The notes beneath the pieces are model-generated. The model ran no database searches. It had not been told where the DNA came from and worked only from the letters and a program-made list of their open reading frames with translations. Made by a program: the position numbers and the translations under genes. Below are positions 28,213-36,755 of a DNA stretch of 64,000 nucleotides, piece by piece. The first letter of the stretch is position 1. Every line of letters starts with the position of its first letter. The stretch is from Bacteroidaceae bacterium. GTDB lineage: Bacteria > Bacteroidota > Bacteroidia > Bacteroidales > Bacteroidaceae. Where the stretch lies: positions 4,669 to 68,668 of the forward strand of contig JAFXXQ010000019.1 in assembly GCA_017542145.1 (NCBI GenBank), written 5' to 3'.

Positions 28213-29904
28213 TTATGAAAAGAAAAGGAGATACAGGTTTTCGGGCATTTTTTCCTTCAAACGGGCTTTCCGAGAGCGCAAGGTGCCATCGGCGTTATTC
28301 AAAAGCTCCGCCATTTGGGCGGTTGAGCATTGGAGGGAGGAGAGGACGCAGTACATCAACTCCTGATCGTTGACGGCATTCGAGGCGTTCTTCACGTCGA
28401 GCATGATATCGACAAACGAGCGGGTGAGGTCGTCCATGAGCGTCTGCCTCTGCGCGGCTGTCAGCGATGCGGGCGGCACCAACAGCAGACGGGCCGAAGG
28501 CGTCCGGCGGAAAAGGTCCTGACAGGCGGCGAGCTTTTTCCGATAGAGTGTGTCCAAGTCGGCGGGCTGTTCGTTTACCTGCGCCCGCAATACTTCCACA
28601 TTGGCCTGCCGCAGCTCCTCCTGCGCCTGTAAGTAACGCTTCTTGCGCTTACGGTCAATGAGCAACAAGATGATAAAAAATGCCGATAGCAACAAGACAA
28701 TAAAAATGCCCACCCCAAGTCGCAATCGCATATTGCGGGCTCTCATCTGCTGGTCATGAATCTCCACGATATGCTTGTCCTTGATTTCGGTGATTTCCCG
28801 CTGCTTGTTCATCGTATAGATGGAATCCAAAAGACTCTTATATTGATTGATGAAATAACGCGTAGAATCAGGTTTGTTCAGAAGCGGGGCCATGCTGGCC
28901 AGTCCTTCATACGACGTACATTGGACATAAATATCGGAACTGTTTCGTAGGGCTTTCTTGTATAATTCGTAAGCCGTTGCAGGTTGTTGCTGTTGGGCGA
29001 GGATGTCGGCTCTCAATGTCAGTAAGGCACTATTGTCTTCTCCAAAACGATTACCTATTTTTTCTAAATAGGCTAAGGCTCCCTCGATGTCGTGCTGATG
29101 ATAAAACCGAAGTTTAGCTAACTGGAAATAAGTTGTGAAACGATTATAATTTGTAGTTTTCGTATTATTCAAGACACATTGGAATAAGCTGTCCGTCAAC
29201 TCGTCATCATCATGATATAAGGCAATAGTCCCCATGTAAAAGTCGGCATAGCCGATGTTCGCTGAATCGGAATTGCAGGATTCTGTCCGGCGGTAGCGTC
29301 CGAAAGCCACCCAGGCGCTATCCACCATATAGTGCTTGTAATATAGGAGTCCTAATTCAAACAGGCTGTTGGCAAAGTATTTGTTTGTGGTGTCGGGAAA
29401 GAGTGTAGTGGCGCGAAGCTGAGCCTCGATGGCATCCAAATCGCGATGCATCTCAATATAGGTGCAGCCAAGGTAGTGCTGGGCGAGGGCGGCACGCTGG
29501 CTCTTGCGCTTAGTGCCGTAGTAGTCCGTAGCAAGAAGGATGAGGGAATCGGACGTAAGCGCAACATCGCACTTGTAGTCGGCCTGCGTCTTCAACAAAG
29601 CAAAAAGGGCAGCCTCCCCCTTACCCCTCCTGAAGGAGGGGAGACCAGAGGAATCAGAAGCCCTTCCCTTTAGGGGTTTCTGCCCCCCGATAACGGGGGG
29701 ATTGAGGGGGGTAAAGAGACGATTGAGGTTGGGTGAGGCTATGCTCTCCAAGATTGCGCGTGCTTCCTGGGGGTCGGACTCCATGAGGGCTTCGGCACGA
29801 TGTAGGGCATCGTGGAACGCGGCATGGCGGCACGACGTAAGACCGACTGTCACCATCAATAGCAGGGTCGTTTTCAGAAGGAGACTACGCTTACATCTTT
29901 TCAT
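28213..29904 (-). CDS. membrane-anchored TPR-repeat protein with a C-terminal HTH-like domain (putative one-component regulator)
   Basis: Lipobox GLTSC, TPR-like helical repeats, TM helix LGVGIFIVLLLSAFFIILLLI, coiled coil, C-terminal LMYCVLSSLQCSTAQMAELL...TLRSRKARLKEK. Confidence 0.6.
   Translation of the reverse strand: MKRCKRSLLLKTTLLLMVTVGLTSCRHAAFHDALHRAEALMESDPQEARAILESIASPNLNRLFTPLNPPVIGGQKPLKGRASDSSGLPSFRRGKGEAALFALLKTQADYKCDVALTSDSLILLATDYYGTKRKSQRAALAQHYLGCTYIEMHRDLDAIEAQLRATTLFPDTTNKYFANSLFELGLLYYKHYMVDSAWVAFGRYRRTESCNSDSANIGYADFYMGTIALYHDDDELTDSLFQCVLNNTKTTNYNRFTTYFQLAKLRFYHQHDIEGALAYLEKIGNRFGEDNSALLTLRADILAQQQQPATAYELYKKALRNSSDIYVQCTSYEGLASMAPLLNKPDSTRYFINQYKSLLDSIYTMNKQREITEIKDKHIVEIHDQQMRARNMRLRLGVGIFIVLLLSAFFIILLLIDRKRKKRYLQAQEELRQANVEVLRAQVNEQPADLDTLYRKKLAACQDLFRRTPSARLLLVPPASLTAAQRQTLMDDLTRSFVDIMLDVKNASNAVNDQELMYCVLSSLQCSTAQMAELLNNADGTLRSRKARLKEKMPENLYLLFFS
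29611..29750. repeat. GC-rich palindromic MITE-like element, copy B, inside the TPR regulator CDS
   Basis: agcctccccc ttacccctcctgaaggagggg ... cccttccctttagggg ... ccccccgataacgggggg ... gttgggtgaggct. Translated as ASPNLNRLFTPLNPPVIGGQKPLKGRASDSSGLPSFRRGKGEAA. Confidence 0.65.
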
Positions 29905-30139
29905 ATCCTGACATTTTCCGTGCGAAGATACGACGTACTGCGGAAAAATGCAAGCATACAGCCGTTTTTTTCATTGCCTCACGGAGGGAGAGGATGGAAC
30001 AGTTTCTTTTTCGGAGCCCCCGTTCGGACGGATTTGCACGAAGACGGGGATAGCGCTGACATAGTTGACGCACCAGCTCACGCAGCGACGAACACGAGGG
30101 AGCGACCTGCTCCAGACGGGGGAAGGGAATGACTGTCAT
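29891..30139 (-). CDS. possible small ORF upstream of, and overlapping, the TPR regulator start
   Basis: ORF only (MTVIPFPRLEQVAPS...); no motif; overlaps the next gene by 14 nt. Confidence 0.2.
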   Translation of the reverse strand: MTVIPFPRLEQVAPSCSSLRELVRQLCQRYPRLRANPSERGLRKRNCSILSLREAMKKTAVCLHFSAVRRIFARKMSGYEKM

Positions 30140-30265
30140 GGGATTTGCATTTGATTTTACGGATGCAAAATAAGTGCGATTTTTGCAGGACAGCGTTCCA
30201 TGGTGGAACTCTGCCGAGAAAAACAACTGTTATCTTTGTCGGAGAAAATCAGAGGATATGAGAGA

Positions 30266-30397
30266 GAAAAACGCAGTCTGTTTGCGGTCAGAACGCAGTG
30301 CATTCGCTCGCGAACGCAGTGCGTCCGCGCATAAACGCACTACGTCCACGCGCAGACGTAGTGCGCGCACAGGAAAACGCAGTGCGAACCGGTCTGA
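30266..30397 (+). repeat. six direct repeats with 21-22 bp spacing (iteron-like), core ACGCAGTGC
   Basis: The core starts at 30271, 30293, 30314, 30335, 30356 and 30377. Confidence 0.75.
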
Positions 30398-30422
30398 AAA
30401 GGTCGTCCGACGGGCACGTACC

Positions 30423-30466
30423 GTGCACTTACCCTGCACTTGGTGTGCACCTGGCGTGCACCTGGA
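30423..30466. repeat. four GTGCAC-type palindromes phased at 11 bp
   Basis: gtgcac 30423, ctgcac 30434, gtgcac 30445, gtgcac 30456; immediately upstream of the ORF at 30509. Confidence 0.7.
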
Positions 30467-30508
30467 TGACACCGTATTTTTGTTTAACCCATTGATATAT
30501 GCCAAACT

Positions 30509-31017
30509 ATGAAGAAAAACGTTGACATTTTACAGGAACTGGGGCGTGACCTTCCGCGCAGGGGCGCTCGCGCGAGAGGCAGCCGAGGGAAGCCCCACGT
30601 GAAGGCTTACTATGGCATGGGCCTCAAGACCTACACGGATGCACTTGGCAACGAGGTACCGCTGCCGCTGAGCTATGGCATCATCCAGCGGGCACCAAAG
30701 CTGCTGCGCGACGTGGCGGAGCTGTGGCGCGCACAGGGGATGAACATCGTGGTACAGCAGTTCACCGCCGCCCACGCCGTCATCGGCGCATGGACGACTA
30801 CCACCGCGACCTGCTGCCCGACGTATTCAACCGCAACGACGCCAATGTCGCCGGAAAGCTATGCGGTGTACAGAGCCGTTCCACGGGACGGCGGATTGTC
30901 AAGTGGATGGGACAGGGGTATGTCCGTGAGACAGCCGACGGCGAGTACGAGAAGACGGCGAAGGGTCGCGCGTGCGGGAGGAGAAAGAACGACACGTTGC
31001 AAAAAACGAGCATTTAA
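30509..31017 (+). pseudogene. frameshifted gene for a small wHTH protein (mobile-element or Rep-like remnant)
   Basis: Frame 2 reads MKKNVDILQELG...NIVVQQFTAAHAV, then becomes low-complexity. Frame 1 continues from about 30790 as MDDYHRDLLPDVFNRNDANVAGKLCGVQSRSTGRRIVKWMGQGYVRETADGEYEKT (winged-helix-like). Confidence 0.4.
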
Positions 31018-31061
31018 CAATACCGAAACAACTATGTATCAGCATAGAATAACAAAAAAAG

Positions 31062-31110
31062 ATGTCACGGAAGTGCACACCAAGTGCACGCTGAGTGCAG
31101 GGGAAGTGTC
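31062..31110. repeat. second 11-bp phased GTGCAC cluster
   Basis: gtcac 31064, gtgcac 31073, gtgcac 31084, gtgcag 31095, gtgtc 31106. Confidence 0.6.
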
Positions 31111-31121
31111 GTATCTGTCAC

Positions 31122-31289
31122 ATGGAGCGGCGGATGCTGCGGCTTGTGGACGAGCCGGATGTGCTTTCGCGTTGGATGGAGGGGCTCTTCCCGCCCGCGC
31201 AGGTGGGATTCACGCGTGCGCTGTATGGCGTGGGGGCGATGGCGATGGCGATGGCCATCGGGCTTTTGGCGTTGACACTTGTCGCCTGA
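31122..31289 (+). CDS. possible small membrane protein
   Basis: 55-aa ORF MERRMLRLVDEPDVLSRW...GVGAMAMAMAIGLLALTLVA with a C-terminal hydrophobic helix, followed by a strong hairpin. Confidence 0.3.
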   Translation: MERRMLRLVDEPDVLSRWMEGLFPPAQVGFTRALYGVGAMAMAMAIGLLALTLVA

Positions 31290-31302
31290 GCCAGCATGAA
31301 AT

Positions 31303-31329
31303 CAGGGCGGAGCCGGTAACTCCGCCCTG
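31303..31329 (+). terminator. 10-bp GC-rich hairpin
   Basis: CAGGGCGGAG-ccggtaa-CTCCGCCCTG; no clear T-run. Confidence 0.4.
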
Positions 31330-31372
31330 ACTGCTAACAGAGGGGTAGATGCTGCAATTACTTCACCAGCAC

Positions 31373-31460
31373 GTTGAGCTTCGCTCGAGCTCGTTCACGC
31401 TGACTTTGTCTTCGTTTTTCACGACTCGGCCAACCATGCGAGCATGATGGCTCTCGCTGC
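31373..31460 (-). repeat. copy V of the TGCCGAGTCG...GACGAAGA repeat family (reverse orientation)
   Basis: The reverse complement reads agcgagagc-catcatgctcgcatgg-ttggccgagtcgtgaaaaacgaagacaaagtcagcgtgaacgagctcgagcgaagctcaacg. Confidence 0.7.
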
Positions 31461-31498
31461 TTAAAACGTTCGGAAGTGCAAACGAGCTTTCACTTCTC

Positions 31499-34400
31499 TC
31501 ACTTAATCACGACCTTCTTGCCACCGATGATGTTGATGCCGTGCTGGGGAGCGGTGAGTCGCTGGCCCTGCAGGTTGTAGATGGAAGCCTCACCTGCCTC
31601 CACCTGACGGAAGCACGAACGGAAGTCAATGCCCGTAGCATCGCCCAGGTAGTAGAGGTGCCAGGCACCGACCACCTCGTAGTCGTTGGGCAGGATCTCG
31701 GTCTTCTCCAAGCCGATGGTGACGCTGCCGCCCTCCTCATCGATACGGAAGGGAAGCGTGTTGAGGTAGCGGCCGTCGGCAAACCAGGCTGCGGTAGGCG
31801 TGGTGCCGTCAGGAGCATACCAGCCGTTGATGTCGCCGTCTGCGTACTGGTAGCAGTTCTCGTCGGCTACCTTCGTGGGGCTGGCGCCCTCGAAGAGGTT
31901 CATCACCTTCGTCGCATAGGTCTGACTGGCGGTACGGGCGTAGAGCGTGGTGAGGTGGGTGGCCTCAGCACCGGCGGACTGGAAGAGAGCGTACTCCTCG
32001 TCGTAGTAGCCGGCGCGGTAGTAGGTGTGGACGGTGACCTCGTAGTCGCCCTTCGGCAGGCCGTTGATGGTCTGATGGAGTTCGATGCCGGCACGGTTGT
32101 AGCTGACGGTGTATTGCTTGTAGCCGTTCATGGCGCTGGTGGTCCAGCCCTCGATGGTGCCGCTGTCCTTGCTGCCGCGCTCGGGGTCGAACGTCGGGTT
32201 GACGATGAGGTCGGTGACGTCGGTGCGGACGGGCTCGTCATCGGCACCGTAGTAGTAGAGATTCCAGGCTCCGACCACCTCGTAGTCGTTGGGCAGGATC
32301 TCGGTCTTCTCCAAACCGATGGTGACGCTGCCGCCCTCCTCGTCGATGACGAATTCAAGCTCGTTGAGGTAGCGTCCGTCGGCAAACCAGGCTGCGGTGG
32401 GCGTGGTGCCGTCAGGAGCATACCAGCCGTTGATGTCGCCGCCTGCGTACTGGTAGCAGTTCTCGTCGGCTACCTTCGTGGGGCTGGCGCCCTCGAAGAG
32501 GTTCATCACCTTCGTCGCGTAGGTCTGACTGGCGGTACGGGCGTAGAGCGTGGTGAGGTGGGTGGCCTCAGCACCGGCGGACTGGTAGAGAGCGTACTCC
32601 TCGTCGTAGTAGCCGGCACGGTAGTAGGTGTGGACGGTGACCTTGTACTTGCCCTTCTTCAGACCGTTGATGGTTTGGTGGAGCTCGATGCCGGCACGGT
32701 TGTAGCTGACGGTGTACTGCTTGTAGCCGTTCATGGCGCTGGTAATCCAGCCCTCGATGGTGCCGCTGTCCTTGCTGCCGCGCTCGGGGTCGAACGTCGG
32801 GTTGACGATGAGGTCGGTAACGTCCTGCTCACCCCCTCCGCCGCCGAACTTAATGGCAACCACCATCGAGCTGACTTCGACGGTCTTGTCGGCAGCTGCC
32901 TGGGCATTGTAGGAACCGGCTTCGTAGCCGTCGAGTGCCTCGCTGTAAAGGGCATTGGCCTTGGCGATATCGGCGTAGTCGGGCTTGGCGTCGATGGCCT
33001 CCTTCAGCTGGTCGAGAGCCAGGCGGAGGTCAGCATAGGCCTGCGTGGAGGCCTCGACAGCCTCCATGGCACGCTTCATCTCCACGAAGGCATCGTAGAG
33101 GGCATGTCCGTCGGTCTCGTTCTCAGCCAGGGTGATAGCATCGGAAAGAGCCTCTATTTCAGCCACGCCACACTTATTTGCCAAGAGGGCCTTTGCCTCG
33201 GGCAGCATCAGCTCGAGCGCACCGGCTAGGGCTGTGGCGTTCTTGGCACGGAAGGTGAGGCGCATGTCGGACCACACAGCCCAGCAGCCCTCGTAGCGCA
33301 GGTCGTTGCGGACACCCAGCTTAAGCGTGCCGTCGGTGACAAGGGCATAGAGCGTCTGGGCATAGCGGCCATCCTGGAAGGCCTGGGCAGCCGACTCCTC
33401 GTCGTTGGGTACGAAGCCCACGTCGGGGATGCTGGTCTCGCCGGGATATTTTAGCTCGGCTCCCGCACCACTCTCAATCGTGTTGAGGTTCTTCTGGAAC
33501 TTGTTCATATAGACATACGCACGTGGGGTCTTGTCGTAGTCGGCGCTACCATAGTCGGCAGGGCGGAAGAGGTCGTAGAGGTTCAACTCATACAGACCGT
33601 TCTGAAGACCCGTTATCTCCTGATAGACATCGAACAGGACGGTGTAGGAGCTGGCCACGCGATAGTTCTCAGGGCCGACGGGGAAGTCGGCAAAGCCTAC
33701 CTTCGTCCAGCCGTCGCCGGAGGTGAAGTGGGGATTGACGATGAGGCCGGTGCAGTCGTCGCCATCGCCCATGCTGCTGGCCATGGCATCGGCAAGCATC
33801 TTGTTCAGGTAGGCTGTCTCGGCCTTGATCTGCTCGGTGTCGAGCGTGCCGGCCTCGAGGATGTAGGGTGCCGTTCCGTTGCCGTTGAAGCCCTCGCCCT
33901 CTTCGATGAAGAGGTAGTCGCTGAGCTCGAGCACGGCATCGCTCTCCGACGTCGTCCCACCCATCCAGTTCTCGGCCTCCTCGTAGAGAGCGAAGTAAGC
34001 GGCATAGGCCTTCATACTCTTGTCGATAGCATCGTAGGCGGCGCTGTAGGTGTCGAGGACTGCCTTGACGGCATCAGCCGTAGTGGCGTTCTTCAGCTCG
34101 GCACGCACAGCCTCGTAGGCCTCGTAGGCGCTGAACTGGTAGTGATCGTAGCCGTCGGTGCCCTTCAGGGCGGTATAGTCGGCATCGGTGTCGAGGATGT
34201 TCCTGGCGAGCCAGGTGAACGACTCGTCGTTGGCACCCATAAAGTAGAGGTTGACGTTATCCATGCCAATCCAGTTGGTGGTCTTGTCCTCCAGACGGAG
34301 GCCGATTTCCATGTCGCCGTCCTCGGGGAGGTAGCTGAGCACCTCGGTGGGCTGGTCGACATCAATCTGAGTGGCGGTGACAGCCGTGCTGCGGCTGCCG

Positions 34401-35479
34401 GCATAGAGGTAGAGGTCGCCCACTGCCACCGTATAGGCCAGCGCATTCAGCACATAGACGCCTGCAGGCAGGTTCTTCGCCGTGGCATAGACCTTGCCGG
34501 GCGTGAAGTTCGAGCCGCTCCAGTTCTCATAGTGATTGCCCGTGACGCTGAAGTCCTTGGCGTTGTTGCCGTTGCTGGCCTGCTTGTTCTGGGCACCCGT
34601 CGTGGAGGTCCAGCCCGTAGCCGTACCGTCGGTGAAGGTCTGCTCGATGTTTTGGTACTGCAGCATCTCCAGCGAATTGGTGACGGTGGTATTGCGAACG
34701 CGAGCTTCATAGATGGCCTGTTCCAGTTCCACGCGGACGCGGTTGAGTTCTTCCTCCGTACTGGCTGTGTTCTCATAGACCTTCACGGCATGCTCGTAGG
34801 CTTGCTCGTCCGTGCCGTTCACGGTGGTAGCCTCTTCGATGACGGCAGCCAAGGCAACGGCAGCGTTGTACTGCATCAGCTTGCCGATGTAGTCCGCATA
34901 CGTTGCAGGAGCCACGAAGTACCAGCTCGTCATGAACTTACCGGCATCGTCGGGGAAGAGGACGTCAGAGCAGAGGTAGAGCTTCGTGTCGCCCTTCGAG
35001 GGGACGACGCCCAATTTGCCGTAGAGATCCGACATCGAGTCCTCGCGTCCGTCGGCATTCTCAATTTCGTAGCCGCCGTCGGCCTGCTTCGTGAGCGTCC
35101 ACACCATGCTACGTTCGCCGCTCTCGTCAACGGGCTTGTCATAGTCAACCCAGATGCTCTCGAAGCCGTCGTTCACGTAGGCGTAGGTGTACATCTGCTG
35201 GTTGTTCTTGTTTTCCACCAGGTCCGTCAGGTAGTAGGTGTCGGCACGGTCTTCGACGGGCTGCACAATCACCACATAGCCGTGTGTGGAGCTGACGCTG
35301 GCGCGCGTCCCCCAGTCGTTGGCACCAAGGAAGAATGCCTTCGAGCCTACGTTGTACAGGTACAGGTTTTCGCCTGTCTTCAGGTCAGCCTTTTCGGGAG
35401 CGGCAGGAGCCGTCCAAGTCTGCGCCGATGCGCCCAACGCCGTCAGCAGGCAGACGATTAGAAGTAAAGTTTTTCTCAT
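31499..35479 (-). CDS. 1326-aa T9SS-secreted multidomain surface protein (four beta-sandwich/CBM-like modules); function unknown
   Basis: Signal peptide MRKTLLLIVCLLTALGASAQ. C-terminal sorting-domain-like tail ...SIYNLQGQRLTAPQHGINIIGGKKVVIK. Repeated VNPxF...GW modules. Confidence 0.85.
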   Translation of the reverse strand: MRKTLLLIVCLLTALGASAQTWTAPAAPEKADLKTGENLYLYNVGSKAFFLGANDWGTRASVSSTHGYVVIVQPVEDRADTYYLTDLVENKNNQQMYTYAYVNDGFESIWVDYDKPVDESGERSMVWTLTKQADGGYEIENADGREDSMSDLYGKLGVVPSKGDTKLYLCSDVLFPDDAGKFMTSWYFVAPATYADYIGKLMQYNAAVALAAVIEEATTVNGTDEQAYEHAVKVYENTASTEEELNRVRVELEQAIYEARVRNTTVTNSLEMLQYQNIEQTFTDGTATGWTSTTGAQNKQASNGNNAKDFSVTGNHYENWSGSNFTPGKVYATAKNLPAGVYVLNALAYTVAVGDLYLYAGSRSTAVTATQIDVDQPTEVLSYLPEDGDMEIGLRLEDKTTNWIGMDNVNLYFMGANDESFTWLARNILDTDADYTALKGTDGYDHYQFSAYEAYEAVRAELKNATTADAVKAVLDTYSAAYDAIDKSMKAYAAYFALYEEAENWMGGTTSESDAVLELSDYLFIEEGEGFNGNGTAPYILEAGTLDTEQIKAETAYLNKMLADAMASSMGDGDDCTGLIVNPHFTSGDGWTKVGFADFPVGPENYRVASSYTVLFDVYQEITGLQNGLYELNLYDLFRPADYGSADYDKTPRAYVYMNKFQKNLNTIESGAGAELKYPGETSIPDVGFVPNDEESAAQAFQDGRYAQTLYALVTDGTLKLGVRNDLRYEGCWAVWSDMRLTFRAKNATALAGALELMLPEAKALLANKCGVAEIEALSDAITLAENETDGHALYDAFVEMKRAMEAVEASTQAYADLRLALDQLKEAIDAKPDYADIAKANALYSEALDGYEAGSYNAQAAADKTVEVSSMVVAIKFGGGGGEQDVTDLIVNPTFDPERGSKDSGTIEGWITSAMNGYKQYTVSYNRAGIELHQTINGLKKGKYKVTVHTYYRAGYYDEEYALYQSAGAEATHLTTLYARTASQTYATKVMNLFEGASPTKVADENCYQYAGGDINGWYAPDGTTPTAAWFADGRYLNELEFVIDEEGGSVTIGLEKTEILPNDYEVVGAWNLYYYGADDEPVRTDVTDLIVNPTFDPERGSKDSGTIEGWTTSAMNGYKQYTVSYNRAGIELHQTINGLPKGDYEVTVHTYYRAGYYDEEYALFQSAGAEATHLTTLYARTASQTYATKVMNLFEGASPTKVADENCYQYADGDINGWYAPDGTTPTAAWFADGRYLNTLPFRIDEEGGSVTIGLEKTEILPNDYEVVGAWHLYYLGDATGIDFRSCFRQVEAGEASIYNLQGQRLTAPQHGINIIGGKKVVIK
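31650..32855 (-). repeat. near-identical 603-bp (201-codon) tandem duplication inside the T9SS cargo gene
   Basis: accacctcgtagtcgttgggcaggatctcggtcttctcca occurs at 31671 and 32274 (offset 603). The two protein copies differ at about 11 positions. Confidence 0.9.
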
Positions 35480-35630
35480 TGATTGTTTTTTAAATGGTTA
35501 GTACTGATTTTTCTTCATCCATCCCAAAGGGACTGCAAAGGTACGAATAAGCGAGTAATTATGCAAACTTATTTGGATGATTCCACAAAAACTCGTATCT
35601 TTGCCGAGCAAAACCAATGCATTTGTCCCC

Positions 35631-36755
35631 ATGAAAAAAAGACTGGAATCTCTTGATGCCCTGCGGGGTTTCGACCTGTTCTGCCTGGTAGTGCTGGAAG
35701 AACTGGTACACAAGCTGAGCGGCGCCATCGATGCGCCGTGGTATCAGCCTGTGGTAGAGGTGTTCACCCACAAGACGTGGGAGGGCTTTTCGCCTTGGGA
35801 CCTGGTAATGCCGCTCTTCATGTTCATGGCGGGCGTCACCATCCCCTTCTCGATGGAGAAATACCGCCAGCCGGGCAGGCAGAAGGAGCTGTGGCGACGG
35901 CTGACGCAGCGCGTGGTGCTGCTGTGGATTCTGGGCATGGCCTGTCAGGGCAACCTGCTGGGGCTCGACCCGCATCGCATCTATCTGTTCACCAACACCC
36001 TGCAGGCCATCGCCGTAGGCTATCTGTTCAGCGCCATCCTCTTCCTCCACACCCGTTGGAAGACCCAGATAGGCATCGCCGTCGGTTTGTTGCTGGCCTT
36101 CTGGGCGGCGATGGAGTTCATTTCGTTCGGCGGCTTCGGCGGAGGCGACTATACGGCGCAGGGAAACCTCGCCGAGGGCATCGACCGCATGGTGCTGGGC
36201 CGTTTCCGCGATGCCGCGAAGGTCGTGGATGGGCAGGTCGTCTTTGCCGAATGGTACACCTACACGTGGATTCTCAGCAGCGTGAACTTCGTCGTCACCG
36301 TCCTGATGGGCGTGCTGACGGGCGAACTGCTGAAGAGCGCAGCATTGAAAGATAGCAAAAAGGTGTGGATATTGCTGGGTGCAGGAGTCGCCTTAGTAGC
36401 TCTCGGCTGGACGTGGGGATTGGTGCATCCTGTCATCAAGCACATCTGGACAGGCTCGATGGTGCTCGTCAGCAGCGGCTACAGCATGCTACTGATGGCG
36501 CTTTTCTACTGGTGGATCGACATCTGCGGGCACCATCGTCACCTCACTCTGCTGAAGGTTTATGGCATGAACAGCATCACCGCCTACGCCGTGTCGCACA
36601 TCATTAGCTTCTCCAGCATCAGCCGCTCGCTCTTCCACGGCCTCGAACAGTACATCGGCGACTACTACCCCGTCCTCATCCACCTCTCCAACGCCGCCAT
36701 CCTCTTCCTCATCCTCCTTATTATGTACAAGAGGAAAATCTTCCTGCGGGTATAA
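35631..36755 (+). CDS. DUF5009/heparan-alpha-glucosaminide N-acetyltransferase-like membrane acyltransferase
   Basis: MKKRLESLDALRGFDLF N-terminus and polytopic membrane body. TAtcTTTG box at 35596-35603. Confidence 0.7.
   Translation: MKKRLESLDALRGFDLFCLVVLEELVHKLSGAIDAPWYQPVVEVFTHKTWEGFSPWDLVMPLFMFMAGVTIPFSMEKYRQPGRQKELWRRLTQRVVLLWILGMACQGNLLGLDPHRIYLFTNTLQAIAVGYLFSAILFLHTRWKTQIGIAVGLLLAFWAAMEFISFGGFGGGDYTAQGNLAEGIDRMVLGRFRDAAKVVDGQVVFAEWYTYTWILSSVNFVVTVLMGVLTGELLKSAALKDSKKVWILLGAGVALVALGWTWGLVHPVIKHIWTGSMVLVSSGYSMLLMALFYWWIDICGHHRHLTLLKVYGMNSITAYAVSHIISFSSISRSLFHGLEQYIGDYYPVLIHLSNAAILFLILLIMYKRKIFLRV

Noticed and set aside
30266-30397. Possible CRISPR array (regular direct repeats)
   Set aside because: The period is only 21-22 bp with no unique spacers between repeats, and no cas genes are present. 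It is better described as an iteron or operator-like array. The same reasoning applies to 60993-61076 and 6157-6245.
30174-30512. 112-aa ORF with a heptad-like pattern ERSAFAR/ERSASAH/KRTTSTR
   Set aside because: The 7-residue periodicity is simply the translation of the 21-bp DNA repeats.
31541-35461. Two long plus-strand ORFs (562 and 577 aa) opposite the T9SS cargo gene
   Set aside because: Shadow ORFs of a GC-rich gene. The minus-strand product has a signal peptide, domain repeats and a T9SS sorting domain, and these ORFs have none of these.
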